Shown: positions 59,927 through 64,000 of the stretch, one piece after another
How positions within the stretch are numbered: position 1 is the stretch's first letter
How the letters are laid out: every line of letters begins with the position of its first letter
Origin: an uncultured Candidatus Saccharibacteria bacterium
GTDB lineage: Bacteria > Patescibacteriota > Saccharimonadia > Saccharimonadales > VXPC01
Assembly (NCBI GenBank): GCA_964534605.1
Contig: CAZHOS010000001.1
Location: 39,198-103,197, forward strand
DNA length: 64,000 bases
Direction: 5' to 3'
Translations under genes and position numbers: made by a program
The notes under the pieces: model-generated
Database searches by the model: none
What the model saw: only the letters and a program-made list of their open reading frames with translations
Told to the model about the DNA's origin: nothing

Positions 59927-60909
59927 GCCTTATTGGCTTGGATTAGGACTTCGTGGATAGCTGCCTTGATATGGGTACTCGTTAATCCATAACACTTCAT
60001 GAGCTCGTCAGGGGTTCCACTCTGGCCAAACTTATCTCGTACCCCAACACGCTTTAGTGGCACGGGGTGATGCTCGCTGACCAACTCGGCAATCGCTCCG
60101 CCCAGCCCTCCTGTTATCTGATGTTCCTCGGCCGTTACAACACAGCCTGTCTTCTGGATGCTCGTCAAGATAGTCGCTGCATCTAGCGGCTTGATAGTTG
60201 GGCAGTGGATAACCTCGACATCAACACCGTCTACAAATAGTTCGTGCGCTGCCTTAAGGGCGTGATAGGTCATGGTGCCAGTAGATACAATTGTGACGTC
60301 TGCGCCGCTAGCATAAACGTAAGCCTTGCCAATTTGAAAGGGTGTCTTGGTGGTTGTCACTGTCGGCACAGATTCGCGCGCCAAGCGGATATAGGCCGGG
60401 TTGACCTTGTCCTCGGCCAGCGCCAACGTTGCTTTGCGGGCTTCTTCGTAATCTGCCGGAGCAATAACCAGCATATGGGGGATAGCACGCATGATTGCAA
60501 TGTCCTCGAGCATCTGGTGTGTAGCACCGTCTGGGCCAACGCTAATGCCAGCGTGTGCACCGACGACTCGGACCGGTACTTCGTTAAGGGCGGCTGTTGT
60601 CCTGATCTGCTCCCAGTTACGACCCGGATTAAAGGCGGCGTAACTAGCTGCAAAAGGTATCAGACCCTGGCTAGCCATACCCGAAGCAACTGTCACGAGG
60701 TTTTGCTCGGCTATACCGACCTCAAAGAACCTGTCTGGGAAGGCGTCCGCGAAGAAGTTCATATTGGTCGATTCTGTTAAATCAGCACAGAGCCCAACAA
60801 CACAGTCGTCACGCTCGCCGGCCTCGCGCAGACCGATGCCAAAACCTTCGCGGATCTTTTTGTTCTCTACATCTTTATCTATATCTACTAAATAATAAGG
60901 CTTGGACAT
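59923..60909 (-). CDS. Transketolase, C-terminal (pyrimidine-binding) subunit
   Basis: ADLTES, GIAEQN, GPDGATHQ, TIKPLD, EEHQITGGLG. Confidence 0.95.
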   Translation of the reverse strand: MSKPYYLVDIDKDVENKKIREGFGIGLREAGERDDCVVGLCADLTESTNMNFFADAFPDRFFEVGIAEQNLVTVASGMASQGLIPFAASYAAFNPGRNWEQIRTTAALNEVPVRVVGAHAGISVGPDGATHQMLEDIAIMRAIPHMLVIAPADYEEARKATLALAEDKVNPAYIRLARESVPTVTTTKTPFQIGKAYVYASGADVTIVSTGTMTYHALKAAHELFVDGVDVEVIHCPTIKPLDAATILTSIQKTGCVVTAEEHQITGGLGGAIAELVSEHHPVPLKRVGVRDKFGQSGTPDELMKCYGLTSTHIKAAIHEVLIQANKA

Positions 60910-61787
60910 TACTGATGCTCCCCTGTTATCTTGCCGCCAAGTGTGCGCAGCTGATGCAAAGCCTCTTTGGCTTCTTTGTGATTAGGCGGTTTACCGTGCC
61001 AATGGAAGTCGTATTCCATAAAGTCTACACCCTTGCCTGCAACAGTATGGGCGATGATCATAACCGGTTTTTCTAGTATGGCTCTGCCTTGAGCACAAGC
61101 ATCGATGACAGATTCGATATTATTGCCATCAATCTCGATCACATGCCAGCCGAAGGCCTCCCATTTAGCGCTAAGATCCTCTAGCGGCATGACATCCTCG
61201 GTGGCGCCGTCGATCTGGATGTTGTTGCGGTCGATTATGCCTATAACATTATTGAGGCGATAGCGGTTGGCGTACATTGCCGCTTCCCAAATATTTCCTT
61301 CGTTAAGCTCGCCGTCACCCATAACGACATAGATCCAACGATGTTTGATGCTCTGCATCTTCCAGGCATTTGCGATACCACATGCCTGGCTAAGTCCGCA
61401 GCCAAGCGGACCGCTGGTGCTCTCCATGCCGGGTAGCTTTGTGCGCTCTGGGTGTCCCTGCAGCCTTGTGCCGAACTTGCGTAGAGTCTTTAGCTCCTTC
61501 TTGCTAAAATAACCGGCTTCCGCCATGGTGGCGTAGCGTACTGGCACGGTATGGCCGGCACTGAGGATTAAAACGTCGCGCTTGTCCCAGTCTGGATCGT
61601 CTGGGTCGTGCTTCATGACATCGAAGTATAGCGCTGTAAATATATCGGCCAATCCCAGCGGGCCAGCACTGTGACCACTACCGGCCTCTTCCAGCATACT
61701 AACGATGTCTTTACGAATATTATTTGCTGTACGCTGCAACTGCGTTATGCTGCGCTTCTTTTGTGTATAGTTCTTAACTTTTCCCAT
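60909..61787 (-). CDS. Transketolase, N-terminal (TPP-binding) subunit
   Basis: GSGH, LQGHP, GDGELNEG...N TPP motif. Confidence 0.95.
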   Translation of the reverse strand: MGKVKNYTQKKRSITQLQRTANNIRKDIVSMLEEAGSGHSAGPLGLADIFTALYFDVMKHDPDDPDWDKRDVLILSAGHTVPVRYATMAEAGYFSKKELKTLRKFGTRLQGHPERTKLPGMESTSGPLGCGLSQACGIANAWKMQSIKHRWIYVVMGDGELNEGNIWEAAMYANRYRLNNVIGIIDRNNIQIDGATEDVMPLEDLSAKWEAFGWHVIEIDGNNIESVIDACAQGRAILEKPVMIIAHTVAGKGVDFMEYDFHWHGKPPNHKEAKEALHQLRTLGGKITGEHQ

Positions 61788-61798
61788 CTTGCTTGTGA

Positions 61799-62425
61799 TT
61801 ATAGCAAAGAGCTGAGGTATTCATAAGCTTTTTGTGGATCATCTGCCCCGCGTATAGCACTACCTGCAAATATTACGTCTATCCCAGCCTCTGCTAGTTG
61901 ACTCACGTTATCTGCGTTGGCCCCGCCGTCCCAGCCAATCTCGACATTAGGGTGTTGCTGGCGCAGCTGATTAGCCTTTGCTAGCTGAGTGAGGTCTGCC
62001 ACGCCACCGTCATGGCCAAGGTGGCCCCCAAATACGAGTACATGCAGGGCCTTATCCAACAAGTACTCTACGTCTGGCACCTGGGTGTCTGGCAGCAATG
62101 CAATACCCGGTCTTATGCCTGCCGCGCCTATTGCAGACAGCATGGCACGTATATTTCCCTGCGCCTCGGCATGCAGAACAATGGTATTCGGGCGTAGGGC
62201 TATTAAGGAATCCAAATACTCAGCAGGATTACCGTACATGGCATGTATGTCTGCTTCCAACCCCTCTGGCCACCAGACTTGATCTGGGGCAATAGACGAT
62301 ACGCCGGCAAAATCTTCTTCCATAAGGTCTATATGCACACGGCTAGTGAATCCCTTTATGCTGTCCATGCCTTGATCGTAGCTCTCTCGGTTGCGTGCTA
62401 AAACTGTTGGTACGATAATACTCAT
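61799..62425 (-). CDS. rpe: Ribulose-phosphate 3-epimerase
   Basis: HIDLM, DIHAM, WDGG, AGSAI; pentose-phosphate context. Confidence 0.85.
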   Translation of the reverse strand: MSIIVPTVLARNRESYDQGMDSIKGFTSRVHIDLMEEDFAGVSSIAPDQVWWPEGLEADIHAMYGNPAEYLDSLIALRPNTIVLHAEAQGNIRAMLSAIGAAGIRPGIALLPDTQVPDVEYLLDKALHVLVFGGHLGHDGGVADLTQLAKANQLRQQHPNVEIGWDGGANADNVSQLAEAGIDVIFAGSAIRGADDPQKAYEYLSSLL

Positions 62426-62474
62426 GCAACAATAGTACCAAGAACGTTCGTCTTATAGTAGAATAAACACAAGC

Positions 62475-62993
62475 ATGGACAGAAAAGAAATAAAACCAAT
62501 AGAGCCAGACTCACCAGCAGCAGAAACTGGAGCCAAAGATGCTGCCCAGAAAACACCAAAAAAAGAAACCCCCAATACAAGCAACCACGCCTTTAAGAGC
62601 GACGACGAGCGTAGTGAATTTGTAAAGCAGCTAATCGCCAGCAAGCAGTACTTCGTGAACATCCGCCAAAAGAAGTACAAACGCAGCGCCCTTGCCTCCA
62701 AGAAGCCACATAAAAAGAAAGCAGTAAAGCCTAAAGAGAGCAATGATCCAAATGCTGCTTCAAGATCAAAAATCGACTCCAGTACTCAAACTACGGGCGA
62801 TCTAGAAAAAGATGCTCAGCGACAAAAAATAATGCTTATCGCGGCTACAGTTATTTTTGCAGCAACTTATTTATTGATCGACGCCGGCGTACTGGATGTC
62901 GGCTTTGATGTGCCAATAGATATTATCCCCAATAGTGAGCCTGAAATTCCACTACTTGATGCAGAAGACGCACTAGAACCAGAGGCAATATAG
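62475..62993 (+). CDS. Hypothetical protein with a C-terminal TM segment
   Basis: 172-aa ORF, charged N-region and one hydrophobic helix. Confidence 0.7.
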   Translation: MDRKEIKPIEPDSPAAETGAKDAAQKTPKKETPNTSNHAFKSDDERSEFVKQLIASKQYFVNIRQKKYKRSALASKKPHKKKAVKPKESNDPNAASRSKIDSSTQTTGDLEKDAQRQKIMLIAATVIFAATYLLIDAGVLDVGFDVPIDIIPNSEPEIPLLDAEDALEPEAI

Positions 62994-62994
62994 T

Positions 62995-63573
62995 ATGTTA
63001 AGACTCAAGAATAATAACCAAGCCTTTACTCTTATCGAAATGCTCATAGTTATAGCAATCATAGGCCTCCTATCGAGTATTGTGCTATCTACAGCACGAG
63101 GAGCGCAAAATAAGGCAGCAGCCTCACGCATACTATCTGCTTTTCAGATTGTAGAAAAAGGACTACTGGCCTATGCTATAGAAACAGGCCAGAATGAGTG
63201 GTGGCAAGATGAGTATTTTAGGTCTTTTGGCCACTCTACAAACGTTAATATCAAAATTGAAGAAATACTAGAGAACCTTCCTGAAGTTGAGGCCTTCATC
63301 CCAGAGCCACCCACAAAACCACTGGACAATAGGCCAATCTACTATGATGCAGACATTGCATCTGCGACTGGCGATTGCGGCAGTGTTGGGTTAGGCGTTA
63401 ACTTAATCTACTACACATCCAAGATAGATCTTGTTCAAGAAGTTGATAAAACTCACGATAACGAAGACGGTCCGAACTGCGGCACTATACGTTATTGGCT
63501 GCAGTCTAATGGCACAGACTACGGCGTATTATTCAGAATTGCTAACGATACTGAAGAGCTCAGTCCGATATAG
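62995..63573 (+). CDS. Type IV pilin / pseudopilin-like protein
   Basis: QA/FTLIEMLIVIAIIGLLSSIV N-methylation motif. Confidence 0.9.
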   Translation: MLRLKNNNQAFTLIEMLIVIAIIGLLSSIVLSTARGAQNKAAASRILSAFQIVEKGLLAYAIETGQNEWWQDEYFRSFGHSTNVNIKIEEILENLPEVEAFIPEPPTKPLDNRPIYYDADIASATGDCGSVGLGVNLIYYTSKIDLVQEVDKTHDNEDGPNCGTIRYWLQSNGTDYGVLFRIANDTEELSPI

Positions 63574-63709
63574 CATAGGCGGCTTTTTGACTATATGTAA
63601 AGATTGTATATAGTCTGCATGAAATTACGGGATATCTTAAGGTGAATTTATCGTTTAAATTACTGAAATAGATTGGCAATGGAATTATATCTAGTAAAAA
63701 TGTAATCAA

Positions 63710-64000
63710 TTACGATAATTCATCTAGCTGCCGTAGCCTCCGAAGTCTTCTTGGGGCACGCTCGAACGGTGTGTTAAGCCAAGTCTCTACGATGTCGTAG
63801 ACTTTGACGGGATCGTCTTCTAGCTCGAAGGCCGGCAGCGCCAAAATGTTAGCATCGTCGTCGTTGCGGGCCAACCGGGCCTGTTCTTTGTCCTGCAACA
63901 CTACCGCCCGCATACCTTTATATCTATTGGCGGCAATCGCCATACCCTGTCCACTACCGCAGATAAGGATGCCCCGGGACTCATCGCCGTGCTCTATCAT
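63710..64000 (-). CDS. rpiB: Ribose-5-phosphate isomerase B, C-terminal part (starts beyond window)
   Basis: GILICGSGQGMAIAANR, ARNDDDANILAL. Confidence 0.93.
   Translation of the reverse strand: MIEHGDESRGILICGSGQGMAIAANRYKGMRAVVLQDKEQARLARNDDDANILALPAFELEDDPVKVYDIVETWLNTPFERAPRRLRRLRQLDELS

Noticed and set aside
402-63613. Numerous 60-210 aa ORFs antisense or out of frame to housekeeping genes, and extended N-termini in the ORF track
   Set aside because: These are shadow ORFs caused by codon bias; true starts are better supported by homology motifs and by -10 or SD placement.

Overview
Chromosomal window of a small-genome bacterium, most likely Patescibacteria/CPR of Saccharibacteria type. 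This is inferred from gene content and protein style; the standard genetic code 11 fits. Most of it is housekeeping: rpoB-rpoC-rpsL-rpsG, tig-clpP, hisS, recG, PBP1A, radA, clpC, nusA, rplS-rnhB-yraN, a PilB-type ATPase, dnaE, gatCAB, uvrB and a rpiB-rpe-tkt-fba-pfkB sugar cluster, plus tRNA-Leu(TAG). Orphan ORFs are interleaved. Unexplained structure: (1) a wHTH + Cas2-like (PaaX_M-type) gene bracketed exactly by two identical 32-bp perfect palindromes; (2) two homologous ~183-nt Y-shaped elements that each begin on a stop codon, one running into ~350 nt more of dense hairpins; (3) a three-copy ~290-nt covarying structured repeat, one copy carrying a 176-nt hairpin insertion; (4) a split duplicate of the tRNA 3' half; (5) two divergent 2-TM genes with conserved expression flanks; (6) a His leader-peptide attenuator before hisS; (7) a small ORF repeating the NusA C-terminal motif; (8) an RpoC lacking all eight zinc-ligand cysteines; (9) pervasive leaderless gene starts. 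No CRISPR array, transposase, integrase or rRNA was found. All calls were made by eye without database searches.
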